Below, in pieces: positions 55,256 through 64,000 of a DNA stretch of 64,000 bases (position 1 is the stretch's first letter; the number at the start of each line of letters is the position of its first letter). The stretch lies in contig OX337231.1 of assembly GCA_946965045.2 (NCBI GenBank), positions 3,038,001-3,102,000 of the forward strand. The letters are read 5' to 3'. The translations under genes were made by a program, and so were the position numbers. The notes beneath the pieces are model-generated. The model was not told where the DNA came from and searched no databases. It saw only the letters and a program-made list of their open reading frames with translations. Source of the DNA: Epithemia pelagica. Its lineage: Eukaryota; Protista; Bacillariophyta.

Positions 55256-57304
55256 TCAGGGTGAGGGGCGAGTTCTCGTTTTTCGTTCTCTTGTCCAATG
55301 GGTGATACGACCCAAGGAACCCGTGTTTGGTTCGGGAAGGGTCCGTCCCTGTCGATTGTCGTGTCCGGTTACCGGTCCTCCCCTGGTACGAGCATCGGTG
55401 TTGGATGCCCGTAGTCCCGTGGAGTGGCTCGTCTCCTGCTTTTTCAGGTCTGCTTGTGGTTGGCTCTGTTGTTTCTGCTTCTTCTTCTTGTTTGTTTTGG
55501 AGGTCAACCATGCTTGAAATTTCGCCTCCGTCATGGGAATGCCAACGGTAATGCTCGAGGGTGGCAATCCCTGATCCACAATGGCTTGCATGCGGGGTTG
55601 GATCCGTCCGTGGAGGGAATAGCCGAGCAAGGTGGGCAACCGTACCAGAGCTTGACGCAGAGTCTTTGGGTCATTTCCCATGGCGTGTTGCAAATACTCG
55701 AGTTTGGGGTGCAAATTTCGTTCCACATTGAGCAAGAGGACCCGCGGCATGCCCACGACAATGGTGCGCAACTCTTCCGCGTCCAGGTCGAGAAATGTTT
55801 GCAAAAAGTCGAGCTTGGCCGTCAAGGTCGAATCCTTGAGCGCACAAGCTTGCGGCGCTTGATACAGGATGCGCTTGACGTGCGATCCGGTAAAATTCAG
55901 GGCATTGTAGCGGAACCATCCCACGGTATGCTTGATGGTGGACAGAGAATGGGTGACAATCCGGGGGTAGGCGAGTAACAGGGATCGAAATTCTGTCGGA
56001 CTGTATTCCAATTCTTGCAAAAAGTATTGCGCCATGGGCAGGATATGTCGCTCCAAATGATAATCCATGAATTGGGGAAAGGAGACCAAGAGTCGTTCGA
56101 CATGGTGCGTGTCCATGTGACAGTACAAGATTGCAAAAAAGACGAGTTTGGGGACGAGATTGTGTTCCAAACTGTACAAGAGCATGCGGGGATGTTTCAA
56201 TACAATGTGACGAATCGAGTCGCGACTCAAGTTGACTTCGCGCCGCAAAAAGCGAAGGCGAGGAATCAAGCCGGTTCGGACACTGGACCGCACCAATTTG
56301 GGTTCCCGCAACAACAAGGCTCGTGTTTCCGAGACCGACAGGCCCATGATTTTGGGATTGGTAAAAAAGCCAATCTTGGCCTTGAGTGTGGCCTTGCTGT
56401 ATCCGAGAATGGAAGGACAGGCCAAGACGAGCGAGCGGAGAAATACCACATCTTCTTGCGCTTCGGCCGTCAGGATCCTCTTGGTGTTTGGTGGGCGGTT
56501 CCCTGGAGTAGTAGTCGTGTGCACTTCAACCCGAGGCCGTTGAAACAAGTGCCGCAACAGTTGGACGGTGGGAATCACATTGTCCTGGGCCGACAAGTGC
56601 AACAGAGCGGGACTGGTACGAATAATGTGGACCAGATCCTCTCGAGACGTCAATCCCAATGTACCATTCAACACGTGCAGCTTGGTACGCAAGGTATCGG
56701 GGGTCAGACCCAAGGCCGACGGAGCCCATTGTTCGATACGGGCCATGGCAACGTCGTCCAACTCGAGTTCGTGTTGTAAATACCAATAACCGGCCGAATG
56801 AGGACGAGTCGTACCAGTGGGTTCCGACGGGGGCTTGCGCAACGGGGTGGGACGGTCGGTCGGTGTGGCGGTGGTTGTCGTCGTGGCTTGATGGGCCACC
56901 AATCGTTGTGGTGGTTGTGGCTCTTGTTTGGGGTGTTGTGTACCTAACTGAAAGGATGACTCTACCATCCAATCGGGATCCATGTCCGAAACACTCTCTA
57001 CGACGGTTGACGAAGCACTTGGTGCTTGGCAGTCCAATGATGCTTGCGGATCCATGTTTTCCGGAGGAGGATCCGGATGGTCATGGTTACCTTGTTCCAG
57101 ATTTGCTCCATGGTTGGTCTTGACACCCAACTCGTTCCCGAATGTTCGGTAGCGGCAGGACCGTGCGTTGGTGGGACACGCCACAAATGCCAAATTCTTT
57201 CTGGTGTTTGTCAATGCCTCGGTAGGAGGAGGAATGGTCGATCCATTCCCACTATACCAAACAACCACAACAACAAAAAGCACCCTCAACAACACCTGCA
57301 TCAC
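55256..57304 (-). CDS. mTERF-family protein, organelle-targeted
   Basis: Tandem ~35-aa mTERF repeats (CPSILGYS...LKAKIGFF, HPRMLLYSLEHNLVPKL, LPTLLGYSLHGRIQPR). N-terminal signal peptide. Confidence 0.9.
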   Translation of the reverse strand: MMQVLLRVLFVVVVVWYSGNGSTIPPPTEALTNTRKNLAFVACPTNARSCRYRTFGNELGVKTNHGANLEQGNHDHPDPPPENMDPQASLDCQAPSASSTVVESVSDMDPDWMVESSFQLGTQHPKQEPQPPQRLVAHQATTTTTATPTDRPTPLRKPPSEPTGTTRPHSAGYWYLQHELELDDVAMARIEQWAPSALGLTPDTLRTKLHVLNGTLGLTSREDLVHIIRTSPALLHLSAQDNVIPTVQLLRHLFQRPRVEVHTTTTPGNRPPNTKRILTAEAQEDVVFLRSLVLACPSILGYSKATLKAKIGFFTNPKIMGLSVSETRALLLREPKLVRSSVRTGLIPRLRFLRREVNLSRDSIRHIVLKHPRMLLYSLEHNLVPKLVFFAILYCHMDTHHVERLLVSFPQFMDYHLERHILPMAQYFLQELEYSPTEFRSLLLAYPRIVTHSLSTIKHTVGWFRYNALNFTGSHVKRILYQAPQACALKDSTLTAKLDFLQTFLDLDAEELRTIVVGMPRVLLLNVERNLHPKLEYLQHAMGNDPKTLRQALVRLPTLLGYSLHGRIQPRMQAIVDQGLPPSSITVGIPMTEAKFQAWLTSKTNKKKKQKQQSQPQADLKKQETSHSTGLRASNTDARTRGGPVTGHDNRQGRTLPEPNTGSLGRITHWTRERKTRTRPSP

Positions 57305-57604
57305 GAAAGGTTTTGCATCTTTGGAAGAATGCTAAGATACACTCAAAGAACAAAGCGGGCTGCAAGTGTTGCAATGTCTTGTGTTGTGGCTCCGAATCTG
57401 GATTCACCATTTTGCACATTCTTTTGGAAAGATTTTTTCTGGGTGCCGCGGGATCCACGTGGCAATCGATCAGCGCCCAACGACCCCTCGGACATTCCAG
57501 GTGCAGATCCATGAGAAGAAGAACTTCCACGTGGAAGACGACGAGGCCGAATGACGCTCATTTTTCTTCGACCACCCCACTCTCGAGACGAGTATCTCAT
57601 CACC

Positions 57605-59794
57605 ATGGCGGGTGCACTTGTTTGTTCCGGTCTCACTTCTGGGTTTGCCTTGCTTCTCCTACTTCTTTCTGGTTCTGGGGTGGAATCGTTTTTGATTTGG
57701 AGCGATTATTCCCAAAGAGCGACGGTGACAGACCACCCCAAACCAAACCATCCACAAAAACATCCACAAAAACAACCACCACAACCGTTCCGACCGACCT
57801 TCTCATCGCCACGGCACGCCACCACACCCGACACGACGACGACGACGACCATGTCCTCTTCCTCCTCCACGGATAAAAAGGCCGAGGCCCGCGCCAAATC
57901 GCCCTATTCGCAAGCGCAACAATGGGAGGCCTTGCACTCCTTGTTGCACGATTCGTCCAATCCCGACTGGGATGCCCGACACTTGTACGGTCATGGCGGC
58001 CAAGGAGCCACTCGTGAACCGTCCATGTTGCAACTCATTACCGCCACACGCATTTTGGATGTGGAACAAGTGATTCAACAATCGTTGGATCCAGAATCGG
58101 ACACGCCGACGCGAGCGGAATTGGAAGCCCGGGCCCACGAATTTCGACGGCAACACGGTCCCGTCTTGAATTTGCAATCCGTCATTCAAACCCAAGCGGC
58201 TCAAGAAACCATGGCCTTGGCGGCCGAATTCAAACGAGCCTCGCCCAGCAAGGGTCTCATGGCCTCGGACCGGTCCGTGACGGCGGCCCAACAAACCAGT
58301 TTGTATGCGCACGCCGGGGCCGACATTATTTCCGTCTTGACCGAACCCACCTGGTTTTTGGGGAGTTGGGACGATTTGACCGACGCGCGGTTGGCAACGG
58401 CGGCATCCTCCCAACGGCGGCGGCCCGCCATTTTGTGCAAAGAGTTTATCGTCCACGAGTACATGATTGCCCAAGCGGCGGCGGCGGGAGCCGATACCTG
58501 TCTCTTGATTGTCGCCGTCTTGCCCCAACACGTTCTTCAACGGTTGATTGACTATGCCCGGAATGTCTTGGACATGGAACCCTTGGTCGAAGTCCATGCC
58601 ATGGAAGAATTGGATGTCGCCCTTGCCGCGGGAGCCAAGGTGATTGGCGTCAACAATCGCAATTTGCATACCTTTCAAATGGACTTGTCCAACAGCGAAA
58701 AGATTGCCGCCGAATTGACCCGACGCCACTTGGACTTTCAAACCAATTATACACTGTGCGCCTTGTCGGGCATGTCCTCCGCGGCCGATGTTCATCGGTA
58801 TCGACAAGCGGGAGTGCAAATGTGTTTGATTGGAGAATCGCTCATGCGATCGCCCCATCCCACCCAAGCCATTGCCAGTCTCTGTCTCAATGCCCAGGAC
58901 TACGCGGCACGGCACCAAAGCAACAACAACAATAACAACAAGGACGCGGGTGCTTCGGGGGCCTACACGGCAGGCTTGCAACTCATCAAAGTCTGCGGGA
59001 TTACCCGGCCCGAAGATGCGACGGTGGCCTGTCAAGCGGGGGCCAATTTGATTGGAGTCATTTTTGCCGACAAGTCCAAACGCCAAGTCACTCCCGACCA
59101 AGCCAAGGCGGTCGTGGCGGCCGTCCGAGCCTTTGGAGAACGACCAGACGCCTACACGTTTGCCGACGACGCCACTACCCAAAGCCATTCACAGCCCTTG
59201 CCCCACTTGATTGCGGCGGCTCGTCACTTGGCTGAGGCGGCACCCACACGTCGACCCTTGGTAGTGGGAGTCTTTCAAAATCAAGATTCCAAATTCATTG
59301 CCCAAATGGTACGAGACTGCGGGTTGGATTTGGTCCAACTTCATGGACAGGAAGGCTTTGCGGCCGCCCATCCGACACAGTGTGGAGGAGTCCCGGCACT
59401 CCGCGTCGTGGATGTGCCCACGGATCCCACTGCTGCATCGTTGCCCTCCGACTCGACGGCGGCGACCGTGAACCAAATTCTATCGAATCTATCGACCGAT
59501 CCCATGGCAGTCTTGCTGGATACGTCCATCAGGGGTGCGGCCAGTGGTGGGGGAACCAGCGTTACCTTTGATTGGACGTTGGCCCAAGCGGTCCAAAACG
59601 CCGGGTTGCCAGTGTTGGTGGCGGGAGGACTCACAGCCACCAACATTGCCGACTGTGTGTCGGCCATACGACCCTTTGGCATTGATGTGTCGTCGGGAGT
59701 CGAAGACAGTCCCGGTATCAAAAACCATGACGCCATTCGCAAGTTTGTGCAAGCAGCACGGCACGCATCGGATCAAGCGAATCAAGGGTTCTAA
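57605..59794 (+). CDS. trpCF: Bifunctional indole-3-glycerol-phosphate synthase / phosphoribosylanthranilate isomerase, plastid-targeted
   Basis: IGPS FKRASPSKG, SVLTEP, LVEVH, GVNNRNL, IGESLM. PRAI IKVCGIT, VQLHG, AGGL, IDVSSGVE. Signal peptide with VES/F cleavage. ATG 57605. Confidence 0.95.
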   Translation: MAGALVCSGLTSGFALLLLLLSGSGVESFLIWSDYSQRATVTDHPKPNHPQKHPQKQPPQPFRPTFSSPRHATTPDTTTTTTMSSSSSTDKKAEARAKSPYSQAQQWEALHSLLHDSSNPDWDARHLYGHGGQGATREPSMLQLITATRILDVEQVIQQSLDPESDTPTRAELEARAHEFRRQHGPVLNLQSVIQTQAAQETMALAAEFKRASPSKGLMASDRSVTAAQQTSLYAHAGADIISVLTEPTWFLGSWDDLTDARLATAASSQRRRPAILCKEFIVHEYMIAQAAAAGADTCLLIVAVLPQHVLQRLIDYARNVLDMEPLVEVHAMEELDVALAAGAKVIGVNNRNLHTFQMDLSNSEKIAAELTRRHLDFQTNYTLCALSGMSSAADVHRYRQAGVQMCLIGESLMRSPHPTQAIASLCLNAQDYAARHQSNNNNNNKDAGASGAYTAGLQLIKVCGITRPEDATVACQAGANLIGVIFADKSKRQVTPDQAKAVVAAVRAFGERPDAYTFADDATTQSHSQPLPHLIAAARHLAEAAPTRRPLVVGVFQNQDSKFIAQMVRDCGLDLVQLHGQEGFAAAHPTQCGGVPALRVVDVPTDPTAASLPSDSTAATVNQILSNLSTDPMAVLLDTSIRGAASGGGTSVTFDWTLAQAVQNAGLPVLVAGGLTATNIADCVSAIRPFGIDVSSGVEDSPGIKNHDAIRKFVQAARHASDQANQGF

Positions 59795-60729
59795 GTAGTA
59801 GGTCGATAGCCAAGTGTCTGTAGCAATGAAACGAAGTACTCTGCTAATAGAGACAAAACAGCATTCCTAAGCCATCGTCCTGGCCTATGGTCCATGCGGT
59901 CGAAGGTTCAAGCAAGTCATGAGAAAGCTTAACTGAAAAGACTTTCCACGATCATAATCCTGAGAATACCTCTAGAGATGTCTTGCGCTGCGTTATATAA
60001 GTACTCCTAGTAGAGAAGAGTAACAGCGAGTAGGAGAGCAACAAGGAAACCGATGTTCCAATTTCCATGATGGGAACAAAGGAAAAAAAACTAGGAACTC
60101 ATTTTGCTAGAAGGAGTTTGTCTGCTCGTTCTCCGAGGACTAGCATGGCTAGCTCCAGAAAAGAGCGCGGTTGAGTATCGGATTAGTTAGTCTTGTTTCC
60201 GCGCCTTTTCTCGTTATTCTTGTGGGGGTGGGAATTTTACTTATGGGAGTCTTGGCACGAGAGTTTACCCAAAAGACTGGCTGGTGCGCGATCTTCTCTA
60301 AGAACGGAAAAATATTCCGTTCATGTATTAAGTAGGAATATTTTTTGTTTCCGTTGATAGCCGTTTGGTATAGCTGTTGTAAGTAATGTAAACCTTTTGC
60401 TCCTGTTTTAGTCTTGGAGTGCGTGCGTCAATCGCTGTCGCATCATAACCAACGTGAAAGACTATGGCTCGTTTCAGTCTACTTAGAGACTTGCTTCCAT
60501 TCATTGGTTAAATAACTGAACTCATCGTCGATATCGGCGAGTGTCCAACGGATTCTGTAGGACGACTTCGTCCTCGCTTCCGACCTCAACCATAACCACA
60601 ATCTCTCTTTAGCTCAACCGCGGTCGTTGTTTGTAAATCGATCGACAACTTGCAGTGACTGGAACCAGGTGGTGAACGATCACAAGATAATCTACTTCTC
60701 TCCTGGCATAGGATAAGGAGATTCACAAC

Positions 60730-63700
60730 ATGGAAGAGGATTTCCTCAGAGTCAATTCGACGTTGAGCGAAGCCGAGGTTGCCCAAAATGCGTTCTTGAG
60801 TCCTTCGGCGTTGGCTGCCCGTCGTTTGGGGAAACGCGCCATCACTCCGAGCGCCCGGAGACCGGGCTTGAGTCAAGACGAGTCCTTTGAAAATCGCAGT
60901 CAAAAGTCTCATCGGACAGCCGATAATGCACAAACCTTTGATCATGTTTCGTCGACAACCAAAGTGAACGTTTCCAAATCCCGGAGTACTACGCCCGTCA
61001 AAATGGTTTCGACGCCCTTGCAAGACTTTTTTAGCGAGGCTAGCAGCGCAGTTCTTGAAACATTCAGCCCCAAGAATGATCATGCTACGGAACCTGAGTT
61101 GGCCGATGAATCGGCGATCGACACTGTACCTGATAGTGATGTGGATGGTAGTTACTTCTCCGCAGGTGGAAGCATGGCCATCTCAACCCCTGGCAAAGTT
61201 GACGAGAGAGTGCTTTCCGAAGACCTAGACGAGTCAAATGTGTACAGTGATATCGATAGGGATGAAACCGAAGACGAAGACGATGAGGAAGACAATGAAA
61301 TTCTTGCCCTTGAACGTCAGCTGGAAATGTTGAAGCGAGAAAAAGAAATGGCGCAATTGGAGGACGAGATTGCTCGTTTGAAGAAATCAACGAGTGACCA
61401 ACAGTCGGAAACGGATGCCGCTGATGATGCGGAAGATGTGGAACATGCGAAAGTCACTCCCTCAGTGTTCTTTGGCAGGTCGCCGATTACCAAGGGATTC
61501 GTACCTCCACATGAGCAACCACTCAAAGAGGAAACGAAGACGAGCACGAGCTGTACAGACTACATGTTCTGTTTCGCAGGAGGTGTCCCCCCTGTCGGAA
61601 GCGGCGACGAAATACTGTCTGAAGCTGTCATGTCGGACACTGTCCTCTCAGAAGCTGTCATGTCCGATGGACTCTCTATTCCAGCCATGGACTCTCAGAA
61701 AGACACCTTGTCGGATACGCTCAATCTTGAAAACATTGACACAGAAAAGTCGTTCTGTCCCACTATTGCTGAAGGTGAGAACGAGGACGAGTCCACCACT
61801 ATTAAGGACGATGTAACAACCATTAAGGACGATCTCGAAAGCAAAGCAGGTACTATTGCCAGTGCAGAGGACGACCCACATGTTCGACCTATCACTACAT
61901 TGAAGTCTGGAATTACAACGTTCAGGTCAGGACTTGATGGAGTCGACGAAAAGGAGGAAGAAACGATTCCAGTTGAAAGTAAGGAGCCTCCGAAAGGATC
62001 CATTTCTTCTAGCTTTTTCTGCTGGGGCGGACAATACACCCCAGAAGAACAAGAGGTCCAACGAGAAATTTCTTTCACTGGAAGTGCCATTGAAAAGCTA
62101 CGTCAATCGGTGGACGAGCATGACATGGCAAAGAGCAAAAGCTTTGTCGCCGCTGAGGACGTTGCATCGAACGAGGAACCCGTTGAAAAAGTTCAAGATA
62201 ACATGGATGTTGATGAGTCCAACTCAAAAACTGATGAAGAGGTTGTATCGAAGCCTTCAGCTGGTGGAAACGATGGCGATGATGCTACTCGTGTCAGTGA
62301 TGCGCCCATCGAACCAACTGCATCGAAAACATCACAGGGAGCTCTTGTCATCGAAGAGGATTCAAGTATCAAGGACGTTTCCAAAGCTCAGGGATCATAT
62401 TTGCAACCTGCTGGACAGACCTCTTCGTTCTTTTGTTTCGTGGGAGGTACATACGTGGAGGAGCCTGTAGTCGTAGTTCCGGATGATGCGGGCTTCCCCA
62501 CGTCTTCTAATGCAGCCTCGATCGTAGAACAGAAAGCTGACGGAGACGTTGGCACAGCTGTTGACACGCTAGGACCCGCCGCATCGAGCACATCAGTGAA
62601 TGGACAAAGTGCGCAGATTTCAATCCTTGACCAAACTTCGTTTGAACAACCGATGGCACCAAGCATGTCCATGGGGGAAGAAGAAATCGACGGCGTTCAA
62701 GAGCCAGTTGAATCGAACAAGGCAACGACGACTCTTGTATCAGAAAGCAAGACGACCGATTCTGTGGATGTCAAGGCAAACACTGGAGATGATAACGACG
62801 ATACGATCGTTGTCAATGATTCCCTTACAGAGGAGAAGGAAGCGCCACCCAAAACAGCCGAATCCTCCGCTAGATCTTCACCACTCACCAGGTTCCTTTG
62901 TTTCGCCGGTGCTGAAGAAACTACGGAGGGAATGACCGATGCTGAAGAAACAGGTCAGAAAGACCAAGAAACTGCAGCCACTCAAGTTGACAAGGCAACG
63001 ACGACTCTTGTATCAGAAAGCAAGACGACCGATTCTGTGGATGTCAAGGCAAACACTGGAGATGATAACGACGATACGATCGTTGTTAATGATTCACTTA
63101 CAGAGGACAAGGAAGCGCCACCCAAAACAGCCGAATCCTCCGCTAGATCTTCACCACTCGCCAGGTTCCTTTGTTTCGCCGGTGCTGAAGAAACTACGGA
63201 GGGAATGACCGATGTTGACGAAACAGGTCAGAAAGACAAAGAATTTGCAGCCACTCTAGTTGACAAGGCGGATGACAACGTCACAGCAGATGAACCCATG
63301 GAAATCAAAACGACGAACGAAGAAAACGTGACTACAGAGTCTGCCGCGGTCGTCGAGAGCGAAGCCATGGTCGAGGAAGATACGATTTCCGATGCGGTGG
63401 CATCTCCGGTCGAGGAGAAGCCCACTCCAGAACAACTCGCCAAAACAGCGGCAGCATCGTCATTTTCCACATTCATGTTTTTCGGTGGTGCGGAAGAAGC
63501 TCCTGAAGAAAAGAAATCAAATACTGCCGAAGAAATGGAAGGGGTGGAAGAAACGGATGATAATGCCGTGCCTGAAGCAGAAGAGGACACAGACGCTGCA
63601 GGTGCATCGCTTGAAGAAGATACTATTATTGACCCGGAGAAAACCAACGCCGAAGACAACAAGCCTACGCAAGAGGAAATCCTCAAAGCAGCGGCAAGAT

Positions 63701-64000
63701 CGTCACTCTCCCGGTTCTTGTGTTATGCGGGCGCTGAAGAAGACGAGGCCGATGCTGACGCCATGGGAGTCGAGGAGACTTCGGATGAAGTTATGGAAGG
63801 AGGATGTCATAAAGATGAGGAAGCGTCCGCCGAGATGGAGGGAGATGATGGAGTGAATCCTGATGCAGTCGAAAAAGCACGTGGGGACATTAAGGACGCC
63901 ATCGACAGAACACCCGAAAAAGCACCTGCTGGCATAAAAGATGCCGTCGAAAGGGCACGTTCTGGTATCGAAGGTGACGTTGCTCAAGCGGAAGGACAAG
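60730..64000 (+). CDS. Large acidic, probably disordered protein (3'-truncated by the window)
   Basis: Frame 1 is open from 60712 to the window end, so it is absent from the ORF track. ATG at 60730, and a likely acceptor AG at 60710-11 suggests an upstream exon. Glu/Asp/Ala/Thr-rich. Confidence 0.75.
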   Translation, partial: MEEDFLRVNSTLSEAEVAQNAFLSPSALAARRLGKRAITPSARRPGLSQDESFENRSQKSHRTADNAQTFDHVSSTTKVNVSKSRSTTPVKMVSTPLQDFFSEASSAVLETFSPKNDHATEPELADESAIDTVPDSDVDGSYFSAGGSMAISTPGKVDERVLSEDLDESNVYSDIDRDETEDEDDEEDNEILALERQLEMLKREKEMAQLEDEIARLKKSTSDQQSETDAADDAEDVEHAKVTPSVFFGRSPITKGFVPPHEQPLKEETKTSTSCTDYMFCFAGGVPPVGSGDEILSEAVMSDTVLSEAVMSDGLSIPAMDSQKDTLSDTLNLENIDTEKSFCPTIAEGENEDESTTIKDDVTTIKDDLESKAGTIASAEDDPHVRPITTLKSGITTFRSGLDGVDEKEEETIPVESKEPPKGSISSSFFCWGGQYTPEEQEVQREISFTGSAIEKLRQSVDEHDMAKSKSFVAAEDVASNEEPVEKVQDNMDVDESNSKTDEEVVSKPSAGGNDGDDATRVSDAPIEPTASKTSQGALVIEEDSSIKDVSKAQGSYLQPAGQTSSFFCFVGGTYVEEPVVVVPDDAGFPTSSNAASIVEQKADGDVGTAVDTLGPAASSTSVNGQSAQISILDQTSFEQPMAPSMSMGEEEIDGVQEPVESNKATTTLVSESKTTDSVDVKANTGDDNDDTIVVNDSLTEEKEAPPKTAESSARSSPLTRFLCFAGAEETTEGMTDAEETGQKDQETAATQVDKATTTLVSESKTTDSVDVKANTGDDNDDTIVVNDSLTEDKEAPPKTAESSARSSPLARFLCFAGAEETTEGMTDVDETGQKDKEFAATLVDKADDNVTADEPMEIKTTNEENVTTESAAVVESEAMVEEDTISDAVASPVEEKPTPEQLAKTAAASSFSTFMFFGGAEEAPEEKKSNTAEEMEGVEETDDNAVPEAEEDTDAAGASLEEDTIIDPEKTNAEDNKPTQEEILKAAARSSLSRFLCYAGAEEDEADADAMGVEETSDEVMEGGCHKDEEASAEMEGDDGVNPDAVEKARGDIKDAIDRTPEKAPAGIKDAVERARSGIEGDVAQAEGQ
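62717..63269 (+). repeat. Two-copy 273-bp (91-aa) in-frame tandem duplication
   Basis: acaaggc recurs at 62717, 62990 and 63263 with near-identical sequence between. Confidence 0.9.

Noticed and set aside
57605-59794. IGPS-PRAI fusion as a novelty
   Set aside because: TrpC-TrpF fusions are well known in bacteria, fungi and diatoms.
60302-60322. 8-bp stem hairpin gaacggaa-aaata-ttccgttc
   Set aside because: Single short inverted repeat, expected by chance, with no supporting context.
60586-61390. Minus-strand ORFs 60586-61083 and 61085-61390
   Set aside because: Antisense to the long open plus-strand frame that starts at 60730.
1-64000. Prokaryotic operon, CRISPR array, rRNA or tRNA genes
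   Set aside because: Spliceosomal introns, eukaryotic genes and retrotransposons throughout. No repeat-spacer array or structural RNA gene was recognisable. TTG/GTG starts in the ORF track were replaced by ATG starts.

Overview
Gene-dense eukaryotic nuclear DNA, most likely a diatom. This is inferred from signal-peptide-plus-Phe plastid presequences, ~80-110 bp GT-AG introns, a CoDi-like copia element and an Ambal-like LINE. Housekeeping genes include an ADP-ribosylglycohydrolase, IWS1, a Tyr phosphatase, a ChaN-like lumenal protein, COQ9, UCH, an LRR membrane protein, a GH3 beta-glucosidase, mTERF and IGPS-PRAI. There is also a tandem pair of disrupted Cys-rich 7TM receptor genes. The centre (19181-34561) is a nested transposon: a 5'-truncated APE-RT-RNaseH LINE with an 18-bp TSD, interrupted by an intact 8.3-kb Ty1/copia element with 758-bp LTRs and a 5-bp TSD. 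The most striking observation is that the copia element has no canonical TGG primer-binding site. Its PBS instead looks like the complement of a tRNA-Asn(GUU) anticodon arm ending at nt 40, which suggests half-tRNA priming with a non-Met tRNA. The element also carries an extra ORF before gag and a chromodomain-like module. Other notable items are a GNAT-LysM-LysM-HMG-like protein, a duplicated promoter block, a dispersed hairpin repeat, a deleted duplicate of the GH3 locus, a fold-back inversion and an acidic protein with a recurring FxC-aromatic-G motif.
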